Positions 16,602 to 30,149 of a stretch of 64,000 bases of DNA are shown one piece after another (position 1 is the stretch's first letter; every line of letters begins with the position of its first letter). Made by a program: the position numbers and the translations under genes. Below the pieces are notes generated by a model. That model did not search any database. It was not told where the DNA came from and worked only from the letters and a program-made list of their open reading frames with translations. This DNA is from the human T2T-CHM13v2.0 reference genome, Homo sapiens, in NCBI RefSeq assembly GCF_009914755.1, contig NC_060930.1. One strand, written 5' to 3'.

Positions 16602-16640
16602 GGAAATTAACCCCAGAAGAGAGAAAAAACAATCACTGGA
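16440..16640. promoter_or_regulatory. Projected NCMD (MCDR1) enhancer hotspot 1, ~14 kb upstream of the PRDM13 ATG
   Basis: Recalled variant spacings (G at p, A at p+68, G at p+81, C at p+134) fit p=16477. p=16480 also fits, but 16477 agrees better with the hotspot-2 offset. Literature coordinates are from memory. Confidence 0.65.
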
Positions 16641-17786
16641 AAAATTATGTGGAAATCAAAAGAGCCATTATTTTTGGCAATATTACACAACTTCTCTAAG
16701 CTGTGACTGAGTGAAATGTAAAAATCAGAGAATGAGAGTATGAATTCTACGGAATAAAACTTTTGCTATGCATGATTTGTTATATATTTAAAAAATTAAA
16801 AATAAGTATTTAAAAACTGAATTCATGTATGCTATGAGGGCAACAGAATAAGGTAAAGGATAAAGATGAAGCATCTTTCTAGATATTTTTCATATTCAGA
16901 AACAACCAAGTACTGTCCTGACTTCTCTGTCAATTGGTTTTATTTTATCCAGCATCATTGGGTTATAAAAAACAAAGTTAAATTGTTGTTAAAACAAGAA
17001 CCAGAAAATTGCCTTCAACTTGTCAACTTCATTAATTACTCGGCAACATATTCTAATGATGAAAGAGTAAGTAGCTTCTGATTGCTGCTCTGTGTCAAGC
17101 TCCTCTTTCTGAGGCAAGTAGGCACTGAAATGTCTGTCATGTTATCGCAGAAGAGAAAAACTTTTGCTGAATTATATTTTTTCTTATAAAGTATTTAATC
17201 CAGATGCTGTCCTGCAGAATCCACACCTCCCTATATTTTCAGTTATACTAATCAGTGAATCATTCCATTTTTATCTGTTGCTCAAGTATAGAATCTTATT
17301 TCTAATAGCTTCTCACTTCCTCCTTTCTTTAACTTTTTTCTTCCATCACTTTATCATCTATTTCTCTCTACTGAATTCTTTCTTATTATTTCTTTCTATC
17401 AAGTCATCTCAACCCTCACATGAGTCATGATGAAGCAGGTTAAATTTTCTTAAGTCCTCTGCATCACCATCAGTGATAAAATTAAGAACCATATAATGAT
17501 AGCCTTTGGTTTGACCTTGGAAACACGGATGGGTATCTCTTTCATGTTCAGTGATGTGAACCTACTTCTCCCTGCACTTGAAATATTTTTGCATTTGTTA
17601 CTTTTCCCTTAGAAGCCTAAAATATATCACACAGCTGGCAGCTGGTTTAAGATTAGGAATGAATAAATTGATCAATTCTGAAGAAGATAGATGCTATATG
17701 AATAGTTTAATATCCTTCATTAAACATCTACTAAAATATAATTAAATGTTGGGGTTGACAATATCCGGAATTTAGACCACAGACCA

Positions 17787-18497
<711 letters not shown>

Positions 18498-19805
18498 AGA
18501 CTACAAATTCATAAATGCACAGCAATGATGTCCTGGATTCAAAGGATGTCTTTATTTTTAAACATTAAGTAGCAATTTTCAGAAGAATGGTTCCTATGTT
18601 AATGACTTAAACATTTGTTTTTATTCTCCAAATATTTTTGGTAAAATAAAATCAATAGTATCTCATTTTAAAAGGTATATTTATATATAAGCCTCTCAAA
18701 TATAAAAATGAATACAAATTACAAGGAAATCTAAAAAGTTAATTCACTGATAATACACACAAAGCCAAAGCCCAAAAGGAAACAAACCAACATCTTCCAT
18801 ATGTTAGTAGTACCACTTCGGGGTTGCTATAAGCCTTGAGTAAAAGAACTTTCTCCCTCCCCCTGCCAAGTAGTGGTTTAGACACCAGAGTTTATTTTCA
18901 CCTGGAAGAAGTCCAGCCATAGGTAATCCAGGGTTGGTGTGGTTGTTCCATTAAGTCATCTGGGATCCTGCTTCCTTCTATCTTTCTGTTTGGCCATCCT
19001 TAGTACATGTCTTCTATACACAGGATTATATCATGGACCAAGATGGCTTCTGCAGCCCCAACCATCATGTCTGCATTTCAAGCATGAGGAAAGTCAAAAG
19101 GGGGCTGAGTTGTCTCCTTAGTCTTAAAAGACACTTCTTTTTACATCGTATTGACCAGGACTTACATAGCCACAAAGAGACTGGGACACACAGTCTTTGT
19201 TCCAGACAGCAATGCAACTTGCAGTAATGTAATACAATCACGGTTCTATTAGAAGATGGAAAAAATGAATACTTGGGAAGGTAATAGAAGACTTTGTTAT
19301 GGCGACTAAGGCAGTGTAGTGAAATTGTATCATGCTTATGAAGACCTTTCAACTATGACTGGGAATATCCTACCTCATGGCTCCATCCTTTCCGTATTTA
19401 TAAATCAGATGCTCATTTTCTCAGCTTTCTTATTGCATATAGGATATAGCAATATGGCTTAGGTTCTAAGTCAGAAACTACCACCCAAGACTTTGATTTG
19501 GAAATAAGTAATGTGAAAAAGCAAACACCTGTGTGGAATCCCTTTTTGTGAGGTCAGCAGCAGAGTATCAAACTTCTTGAGGCAGTAGGGGCAGAGAGCC
19601 ATTCTCAGAGACAGCGGTGTAATTTGTCGGGTCTGTGTCCTGTGCCTTGGCTGTGGTGCCTCCAGTCGAGCCATCTTATGGTTTAATTTGGTTTCCTTGG
19701 GGAAGTAGCCTTGAAGCCAGTATTTCTTACATTTACATAGAATCAGAACCACCTCTTATCCCTTTCTGCTTCAACCCTTCACAGAGAGTTTTTGGTGTTT
19801 GTACT

Positions 19806-20215
19806 TGTATCAGTTTGCTAGAGTTGCCTTAACAAAGTACAACAAAACAGGTTGGCTTAAATAACAAAAATTTATTGTCTCACAGTTCTGGAGGCCAGAA
19901 GTTCAAAATCAAGGTTTTGATAAGATTGATTTCTTCTGACGGCTGTGAAGGAAGGATCTATTCCAGGCCTCTCTCTTTGCTTATAGGTGGCTGTCTTCAT
20001 GTTCACATGACATTCTCCCTACATGCATGTCTGAGTCCAAATGCCTCTCCTTATGAGGACACCAGTTATATTAGATTAGGAGTCAACCTAATAAATTCAT
20101 TTTAATTTGGTTATCTTGTTAAGACCCTATCTCCAAATAAGCTCACATTCCGAGTGAGGTACTGGTGGATAGGACTTCAACATGTGAATTTTGGGAGGAC
20201 ACGGTTCCACATTAC
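19806..20215 (-). mobile_element. MLT1A/B-like LTR
   Basis: tgtatcagtttgctagagttgccttaacaaagtacaac...cacagttctggaggccagaagttcaaaatcaagg. Confidence 0.75.
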
Positions 20216-20926
20216 CTCAGAACCCTCACTGATCCAGACATGTCTTAGGATATTGTTAGGAGCACAGTATCTCCAAACTGAGGGATATTACTGAAGACTC
20301 TTCTCCTCCATGCTATCTTCCAAACATGACTTTGAGGCTTAAAGGTCAAGGATGAATGTGGAATAACTTTGCCGATTTTTTTTTTAACAAGGAAGGTATT
20401 TGTACAAATAAAATGAATTCAGGCCATTATAATTGACTTAAGTTCAGATCACATTTGGTGGTTCCTATCCCAACTGAGAAGAGTAGAGAGAGTTTTATTC
20501 AATGCCACAGAAGTACCTTTTTTTTTTTTCCATTGTGAAGCCTGTGGATTTCTTAGGTCTAACAAGGTACCACTGTAGCTTTGAAGATTCCAGGCAGCTA
20601 TTTAGATTGTACACCCTGCAACTCAGCACATTCTCTCTAGCCCATAGCTGGTATAGCTTCTTAAAAGATCACAGAAACAAAGAACCTGTTTTTGCTTTTT
20701 TTTCCCTCTCAGATTTGAGAGCATGTGCACATACCCACTGCCTGTCTCACATCTCTTCTCCCCTACTGGACTTTTTAAAAAAATCTTATTTTTGAATAAC
20801 ATTTTATTTTGAAAAGTTCCAACACATACAAAAATAGACAGAATATTGTAACGAATGCCCATGTACTCATTACTCACTCAAATTGGATAATTATCAACTT
20901 ACGGCCAATTTTGTTTCATCTATACC

Positions 20927-21131
20927 CAGTGGTTCTCAACGGAGGGTGATTTTCTCCCTCAGGGAAATTTGTCAATGTCTGGCACCACAATAGGGGAGGG
21001 ATATTACTGGCATCCAGTGGGTGGAGACAAGGATGCTGCTGAATATTATACAATGACAGGACAGCCCCTACAACAAAGTCCAAAATGTCATTAGTGCTTA
21101 GGTCAAAAAATCCTGATCTATAAAAATCCTG
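20927..21131. mobile_element. MER20-like hAT element
   Basis: cagtggttctcaacggagggtgattttctccctcaggg... ; flanked by 8-bp atctatac on both sides (hAT-type TSD); its right end carries a local 16-bp tandem duplication. Confidence 0.75.
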
Positions 21132-22129
21132 ATCTATACCTCTACTCATTTCCCTCTCACCTTAGAATTACATAAAGCAAATCCCAGACATCATATTTCT
21201 TCTGTGAATATTTCAGCATGTATCTGAAAAATAAGGATTTAAAAAAACATAACCATACTAAAATTATTTCATTTAAAATTAACATTAATTCCTAATATCT
21301 TTAAATACCTAGTCAGTGTTGTAGAGATATCAAGGAGGAATGTTCAATGACCTAGTCTCAAAAATCACACACCGTCACTTCTGCCATATTCTGTTTGTTA
21401 CAAGCAAGTGATTAAATTTTGCCCACACTCAAGGTTCCGCTTTTTGAGATGTGAATTGTTAAAGAATCTGTGGACATATTTTTAAACCATCACACTCTTT
21501 AAATCTCTTTAAATGTATTGGTTCCCCCTCCCTCTCCCTTTCACCTTGCAACTTATTTGTTAAAAATAAAAATGATTTGTCCAGTAAAGGGTCCCACAGT
21601 CTGTTTTTGTTTTGTTTCGTTTTTGCTGATTGGGTCCCACCGATTTGTTTATCATGTTCATCTGTCCTTTCTATTTTTTATTATGAGAACAATCAGATTC
21701 AGGTTTGATTTTGTTTATTTGCTTGCTTGCTTGTTTTGGCAAGATTATTTCACAGGCGGTGTTGCCTGCTTCCATTCAGAGGCACATAATATGTAGTTGT
21801 CTTGCATTTTGTGCTGCTAGCCATCACTGATGATCATTGCCTGGATTCATTATTTCACTAAGGGTTCCAAAACAATAATGCTTGAATTCTCAAACTCTTT
21901 ATTCATTTATGAGATAGAATACATCTATAAAGAGAGGCTTCCCTTCATCAATTATTTGTTGCCCTGAGCTATGCATGACTGTATCTTACGTGACTGCCCA
22001 AGTAGCCTCTGGTGCCAGAAGTCCTGCTCCATTTAATTTATCGTATACAATCCCTAGCCTAACAGTACAAATACATTATCATAGGGATCAGTAAATGGTG
22101 AGCATAGTATCATTATAAGAGTATTAATA

Positions 22130-22335
22130 AGTAACATTTCTGAGTATATCCTATGTCTTGAGTGCTCTGCTGAGCACTTGTGAAGTAGGTGTTTTTATTA
22201 CTCATATTTTACAGATGAGGAAACTGGAGAATAGAAAGGTTACCCTTGCTCAAGTTCATGTGTCTAAGTGTCAGAAGAAGGATTTGAATCTAGGCACTCT
22301 GACTGCAGAGCCCACTCTCTCAACTACTATGATGT
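22130..22335 (-). mobile_element. MIR
   Basis: ttttacagatgaggaaactg core. Confidence 0.75.
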
Positions 22336-22400
22336 CCCGTGGTAACTTAATCATTTGCATAGAGAAGAACAGATATGTGACATCAATTAAGCCCCTTAAT
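22336..22400. promoter_or_regulatory. Projected NCMD/PBCRA enhancer hotspot 2, containing a perfect octamer ATTTGCAT (22353-22360)
   Basis: The motif is seen directly. Recalled variant spacings (A at q, T q+7, G q+19, T q+21, A q+157) all fit q=22353. Confidence 0.7.
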
Positions 22401-22600
22401 GCAGTGAGGTCAAGTGTAAATGGCCTGGACTTTAAGCCCAGAATTATGTGAGAGGAATTCTGTCTCCATTGTTTACTGTGTGACCCCAATAAGCTTCTTA
22501 ACCTCTTTGAAATTTTCTCACTGGTAAAATATAGATAATAAATTCTACTTGATAGTGTTGTTATGATCATTCAACCTAATAGCCTGTTATGTGTTGGGCA
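22401..22600 (+). mobile_element. MIR (degenerate)
   Basis: ttactgtgtgacccc...cttaacctctttga...ctcactggtaaaat. Confidence 0.6.
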
Positions 22601-22624
22601 TTTAAAAAGTTATAAAAAATGTGT

Positions 22625-23830
<1,206 letters not shown>

Positions 23831-25225
23831 ATATCTTTGGGTGTATATACATAAAATTTACCTTATGTAACCTTACCAAAATTTTAGATTGTGATTATTT
23901 ATGTGTTGGAAAGGTTATCTGAATGTTTATCCTACTGTAAAATGAAGGATATATAAAATTCTACTATACTTTCAGGAAATTGAAATGTATCATCACTTGC
24001 TCACGCATATAAATAACATGAGTGTGGATAACATGAGTGATAGCATTGCATCAGACACATAATTAGTGGTGACAGTAGAAGAACACACAGATCCTACTAG
24101 TGAACTTTCTAATTGGTATTCGAAGATGCTGGTTATGAACCTAAATTTGGCTCTTAGTTGTGACATAAGCAGGAAATTTGTATTGTTTTGTTTCTTTTGC
24201 TATCGTGGTGACCACTGGATCAACTTCAACTGCTCACAGGTTCTCCCAGGGGCTACCAAGGTATCTGCCAGGCCAGCTTCCTCTGATAATGACTTACTTT
24301 CCAAAAAGTTTAAAACTAGATTTGCGGTTAAAGGAAAATCCTGTGCCTCCTGAACACAGATTCACATGTTCTTTCTTTATGAGGTGGGCTAGCCTGGGGG
24401 AGAAAGAAGGTTTTAGGAATTGAGGGAGAAAGAAAATATTCCACTCATGGCTTGAAGTGGTTGTGGGGTGGGGGGAGATTGTCACTTTGTCACATGGTCA
24501 TCTCCTTTATCCAGAATCTCCTTTGTAGTTGAAGAACACAGCTTCCCACCATGGCTAAGCCTGTGGTTAGCAGGTGTTTCTAGAGTGAGTTTGGGAGCCT
24601 AATTTTGAATAGGAATTTATTATAAAAATTGCTGGTTGTCATCTCTTCTTCATATTTCCACGTTACCATCCTTTTATTTCTTCCCTCTTTTCCCCTTGCC
24701 CTCATACAGATTTAAAAAATGTAATATCAAGAATAACTTATTATTAACTTTTTTTTTTTGTAGACACAGGGTCTCATTATGTTACCCAGGCTGGTCTCAA
24801 ACTCTCAAGCAATCCCCCAGCCTCAGCCTCCTAAAATGTTGGGATTATAGGTGAGAGCCACCACATCCAGCAAGAATAACTTTTAATTGGAAATATATTC
24901 TTATGGTACCAAATCCAAAATGATACCAAAAGGAATATAGTGAGAAGTCTCTCTCCTATCCTGAGCTCAGACAACCAGAGTCTCTCACTTTTCCTGGGAA
25001 CCAACGTTTGCAGATGAATTAAAAAAAAAAAAAAAGAAACAGAAAAGAAAATCAAGATAATTTCAGAAGTATCTGCTTTCCCCCTCATTCTTTTGTTCAG
25101 TGTTCATCTGTCCTTTCTGGCTTCTCTGCTCCTCAAGGGCTAAAAGAGGCTGTCAATTCTCTCTGCTTAGACAACTGTCCTAGCCTCAGTTCCATGTTGA
25201 TTTTCAGGTTTTAAAAGGCCTCGTG

Positions 25226-25500
25226 GGCTGGGCACCATGGTTCATGCCTGTAATCCCAGCACTTTGGAAAGCTGACTTGACCCCAGAAGTTCGATACCAG
25301 CCTGGATGGAATCTCCAAAAAATAAATAATAATAAAAAATAGCTAAGTGTGGTGGCTCACGCCTGTAGCCTCAGCTACTCTGGAGGCTGAGATGGGAGGA
25401 TCACTTCAGCCCAGGTGGTCGAGGCTGCAGTGAACCATGATGGAGGCTCCAGTGAGCCATGATTACTCCACTGCCCTCCAGCTTGGGTGACAGAGCAGGG
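25226..25500 (+). mobile_element. AluJ-like (with internal deletion and short duplication)
   Basis: Alu motifs. Confidence 0.85.
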
Positions 25501-26299
25501 GGTTGGGGGAAGCTTTGTCACTTCAGCTCAGAAACCCAGCAGCCACTTCTAGGTGGAGATTTACCACACTATAGATCTACACACAGTCTTAATTGTATAA
25601 ATACATATTATGATTGTGTTTAACATAGCATGTGTATACTTTATACACACATTCATAGGCCAGAAAATACTTTCATTGATTTATTTGGGTGTGAAGTCTT
25701 CAACATACAAAAAAAAAAAAAAGATATTTTTGTTTCTTTTGTGACTTTTCCCCTCTCTAATTCGAGTACCAAATTGTTCTTATTATTGCTCCAAGAGAGG
25801 ATATGTTATTTAGTGTGGGTGTGGGAGGGTAGAGATAAAAAGAAATGTATCCAGGCTCTTCAAGGAAAAGAAAAAAAAGAAGAAGAAAAGGGGGAAATAC
25901 CCTCTGGGAATCTCAAGAACACCTTTATTTCGCCTTTTAACTCTCCGCCTTTCTGATTAAAGAGTTCAGACCTGCTCCCCGGCCCGCGTTCAATTATTCC
26001 CCAGCATCTTTTCTCAGAAGCTGTCACCACCACTTGCGGAACCGCAGCCTCATCGTGAGCCATTAGCCCAGTTGTTTCCCGTTTCGCTTTTCTTTCCTCA
26101 GTTTCTCCATGCAATCTTTATAAATCTCCCCTGGAGGAGAAGTGTCCGAGCGGGTGGAAGTCTGAACACAATGCAACCTGAGAATTTCTGTCACTCTCTG
26201 CATATGCTCCTAAGTGCTTTAATCCCAATTAGGGGCGGCTGACACACGGTCCTATTCATTCCCATCAGCTCTTGAATACATTTGCCTAGAAATGAACTT

Positions 26300-27500
26300 C
26301 ACAAATAGAGGAGCTCCTAAATGTGCCCAACAGCAAGGAAAATCGAATTGAGTGCGGGCTCATTCGGCAGCGGCCGGCAGAGAAGCGCTGAATGTGGAGG
26401 TGCCCCGAGACATTGCAATTCAGCAACACGCTCGCTGACTTTTCTTTGCACCATGTCAACCGAAAGAACCAAGAAATAAGTTGGAGAACTCCGGTTAAAA
26501 GGCAACTTGAGAGGGATTCTGAATACTTTTATTGAGCCGTTTCCAACGGAGGACTTAAAAAACAACAAAAAAGGCACCACAAAACCCACCAGCGGCGTCC
26601 GGGCTGCGTCCTGGCTGCCACTTTGGAGCCTCCCGGCCGCCGCGCATCCACCGGCCATGCAATTAAGGGGAAAATGGCCTCATCGCCGGCGTGTCATCTG
26701 GTGGCGTTCCCAGAGCCCATCGCCGCCGCCCTATTCAGACCCGGCCTTAATGTCCCACCCGCGCCTCGGGGGCAGCGCAGCTGGTCCAAGCTGACCCGCC
26801 CGCCCGGCCCGCGCGGACACCCTCGGGGGGTGCAGCCCAGGCCACCTCAGGCCAAAATTCGGCTACTGAAAGCGGGGCTTGCAGGACTCTCTCTGCTTTC
26901 CCTAACCTCCTTCGCCTCGGGTCTCTGACCCCGCGCGGCTCTCTGCATCCCCGGGTTCAGGACTCCTCCGGCCCCAGTTTTGGGATTCCGCGTTGACCTA
27001 GGAGGGAGGGGTGTTTGGTGAGTCACCAGCACCAGGGTCTCCAAGGCTGAGCCCGCCTCCCCAACCCCCGGGACAACTCCCTCGGTCCCCGTGGGGACCT
27101 GAAACTCAAGGCCTTTGAGCGACGGTGACGAGCAGCCCCGGAGAAGTGTGGTCTGAAAGAAGCCGCTCATCTCAGCCTCAAAGTCTTAAGGGGCTCCTTT
27201 CCTCTAGGCGGAGCCGAGTCAGGTCACACGTGCTCGGCGCCGGCCGCATTCCCAGCTCTTCGCTCATTCGCGACTATGCGCCAGGCGGGGCCGCCCCCTA
27301 ACGCTGCCGGGTTCGAAAGCCGCCCGCGGGTGGGACTTAGCTCTCCGTAGCCTGCCTCTCGGAGGGCCGGCGGCTGCTGGTGAGCATTCCAGCCTCGTTA
27401 GGGCAACCTGTTACCGGAGAGGGAGCCTTGCCCGAACGGTTCTACTGTGGGCAGGGAGCAGGACCGCCCCTAAACCGCCTTTCCCCGCACCTCGGTGTAG
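26300..27500. promoter_or_regulatory. CpG island / candidate upstream enhancer of PRDM13
   Basis: GC/CpG-rich unique DNA 3-4 kb upstream of the ATG, with E-boxes and homeodomain cores. Confidence 0.7.
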
Positions 27501-30149
27501 GAGAGATTTCGCTTTAACGGAGACTCTGGACGCCCATTTCAAGTCGATAAAAAAAAAAAAAAAAAGCCGAGTGGAATGTTTTGATTGAGTCTCAACATTG
27601 TCTTTGAATAAGGCTGAGACCATGTAATTAATGTGTCTTTTTAATAAGGGACAATACGGCCGTTCAAGCTATTTAATTTCATTTAATTTTCCATCCCATT
27701 TGCTGCACAGCCCGCTTTTACTTTTAACACCCAGCCTTTCACGGCCCATCTTGCTCCACTGGGCACATTAGATTGGTTTCACCCTTGCTTTTTAGGGGAA
27801 GAAAAATAAAAGAAAATGTGTTCCTTTTCTCCTTTGTGGACAATTTATTTCACTTGGGGAACTTCAACTCTGAGCCACAGGACAGAATAAAACTCGGCGA
27901 GCTGGTGTGAATGCCTCTGGCGCAGTCTCTTTCTTCTCGCGGGGCTGGGAACCAGCCACAATTGGCTATATTAATAAATAACTTTCCTCACAGTCGGCCT
28001 TTACATGGTCCTATTGATAAAATTGTTCGCGTGTCGTTCACGCTTTTTCACTCATTAAGGAGGGCCAGGGAGGCGCCCCGAACCCAGGCCCAGCGCTCGC
28101 CCCTTCCCGCTTGCAGTGCTGGTAATTTAAACTGGGTGTCATCCCAGAGTCGCCAGGCCAGAGGTTAGAGGGACATGTTCATGGCTTAAATTTATTGCCC
28201 TGACTCTTCGGAGCGGCTTCCTCTCCTCCTCCCCACCCCCCGGCTTTTGCCATTCATGGGCCGCTGGATCAAAGGCTCCCTCTGCTCTGTTGAGGGCAGT
28301 CTTCGCAGCCCTCAGAAGCGCAATTGGAGGCTTCTGAGGAAAAATCAGTGGCAGCTCCCTCAGAAAGTGACCTGGGCATAGTGTGGCTGCACGGTCCCAG
28401 AGGCCACAGTGTGTGGCCCTCCAGACCTTTCAAGCGGCTCTTCTCTGCCTCGGCAGCCATGAATACACAGGCCCTGGAGTTGGCCCGAGGCCAGCCTTCC
28501 GTGTGTCCTCTCATGGTCTGACTTGAGATGCTTAGACTTGAAACCTTTGGCCTGGCCTGGATTTTCCCATTAGGCAAACAACCAGTTTTGGAGCTTCTAG
28601 AATGCACGCACTCTACAGATTGTTGTTACAAACCGAAGTGAACCACGGAGAGGAAGCAAAGGGTCTGTTTGTATCCATCATTCCCATTTTACAGACTGGG
28701 AGGCTGAGCCTCCGAAGCAATCCACTAAAGGTTCCCCGAGTCTTGAGTGGGAGAGCACAGGGTGAATGATCCTGAGTGTCCTGGTCCTGCCCAGTGTGGT
28801 GAACATAGGTTTCGAGTGAGGGGCACCACACGGAGCTTCTTTGAAGACCCTCCTCAGATAAACTGCTGAGTTGCAGGTGTCGCCACCTTGCGTCCTGCCA
28901 CCCTTGCTAACCACAATCGCTCCAGCACTTTCAGCCGACAAAGCCTCGAGGAGAAGCTAGCGTGGGCGCTGCTGAGGGCCCTCTGCCCTTTTGTGCAGTG
29001 GTTGGGCCTCTGGCGCTAGGCTTGGAAATACACCACCACTCAGGCCTCTCTTGGAAGAACTGCATCGGGCTCCGGTGCTGGCTGCATAGGATTTGGGGAG
29101 CTGTGCTCAGAACTAGCAGCACGCGGCAGGTGCCGGCAGAAATCACAAATATCTGATGAACTTGATTACTTGGCTACTATTTATGAAAATAAATGTTCTC
29201 ACGCCAATTGGAGGCTTCCCTAAAAGAAAACGGGTAGCTCTCCGGTTTAACTCTGAAGTACAACGTCTTGTTAGTTCACAAAGTAGGTGTAAGAAAGAGT
29301 TGCCCCAAACGCCCACCTCGCCCCTCTTCTCTACAACCTTTAACAGATTGCGGTGATTTTCGTTTTTGTTTACTGTTTTTTTTTTTAATAGAAAAGTCCA
29401 GGTTGCTGGTTTTAGGGAAGTTAGTCCAAGGACATCTTCTAGGGGACGTGATCAATAACCCACTGGTAGAACTTCTTCCTCTTCAACCCTGGGCTGCGGA
29501 CCGGGGCGCAGGATCCCCATTCGAAACTGTTGGTTCTGGGGCTGTTTCCCATTCTCCAGAGAAAGTGCAGGCCCGGGGTGTGCCCGAGAAAAGTGATGAG
29601 CAGTTGACCTCCCCTTCTCAACTTGGTCTGGAGGCTTCATCATATTTTCGGACGAAATGGGACAGAAGTGAGAATTAAAGCGGTTCTGAATAGACGACTG
29701 GCCTGAACCCAATCCCCTGAAATGGTAATATGGTTGTTATTTAAAAAGTGTAGGTATTTTCTGGTGTTTTCCCATCAAGTACCTGCCTAATTTCTGTATG
29801 GCACACGCCAGAAATCAATAGAAGTTAACAAGTCCTCCAAACAGTCTCCATCTCTTTGTTTAATCTCCTTTACAATAAAGCCAAGGGGAGAGAATTAAAA
29901 ATCTTTGAAGTAGATCAAGGCTCAAAGGAATCAGCCAAGTAGACTTAAAGTAGTCACTTATTTCCCAAAACTGGTTTGTCGGGGAACAATAAAAGGAAGT
30001 AAAATTTATGGAGAAATTATACAGTGGATTTGTCACTTAAAATATCGTAACTGTCTGGAGGACAATACCCCATGCTGAGGATTAATGGTCCCGCCGGACC
30101 TTTGATTCACCAGTGCCTTTTCTTCGCCCTTGACAAATTGGATTTTTAG

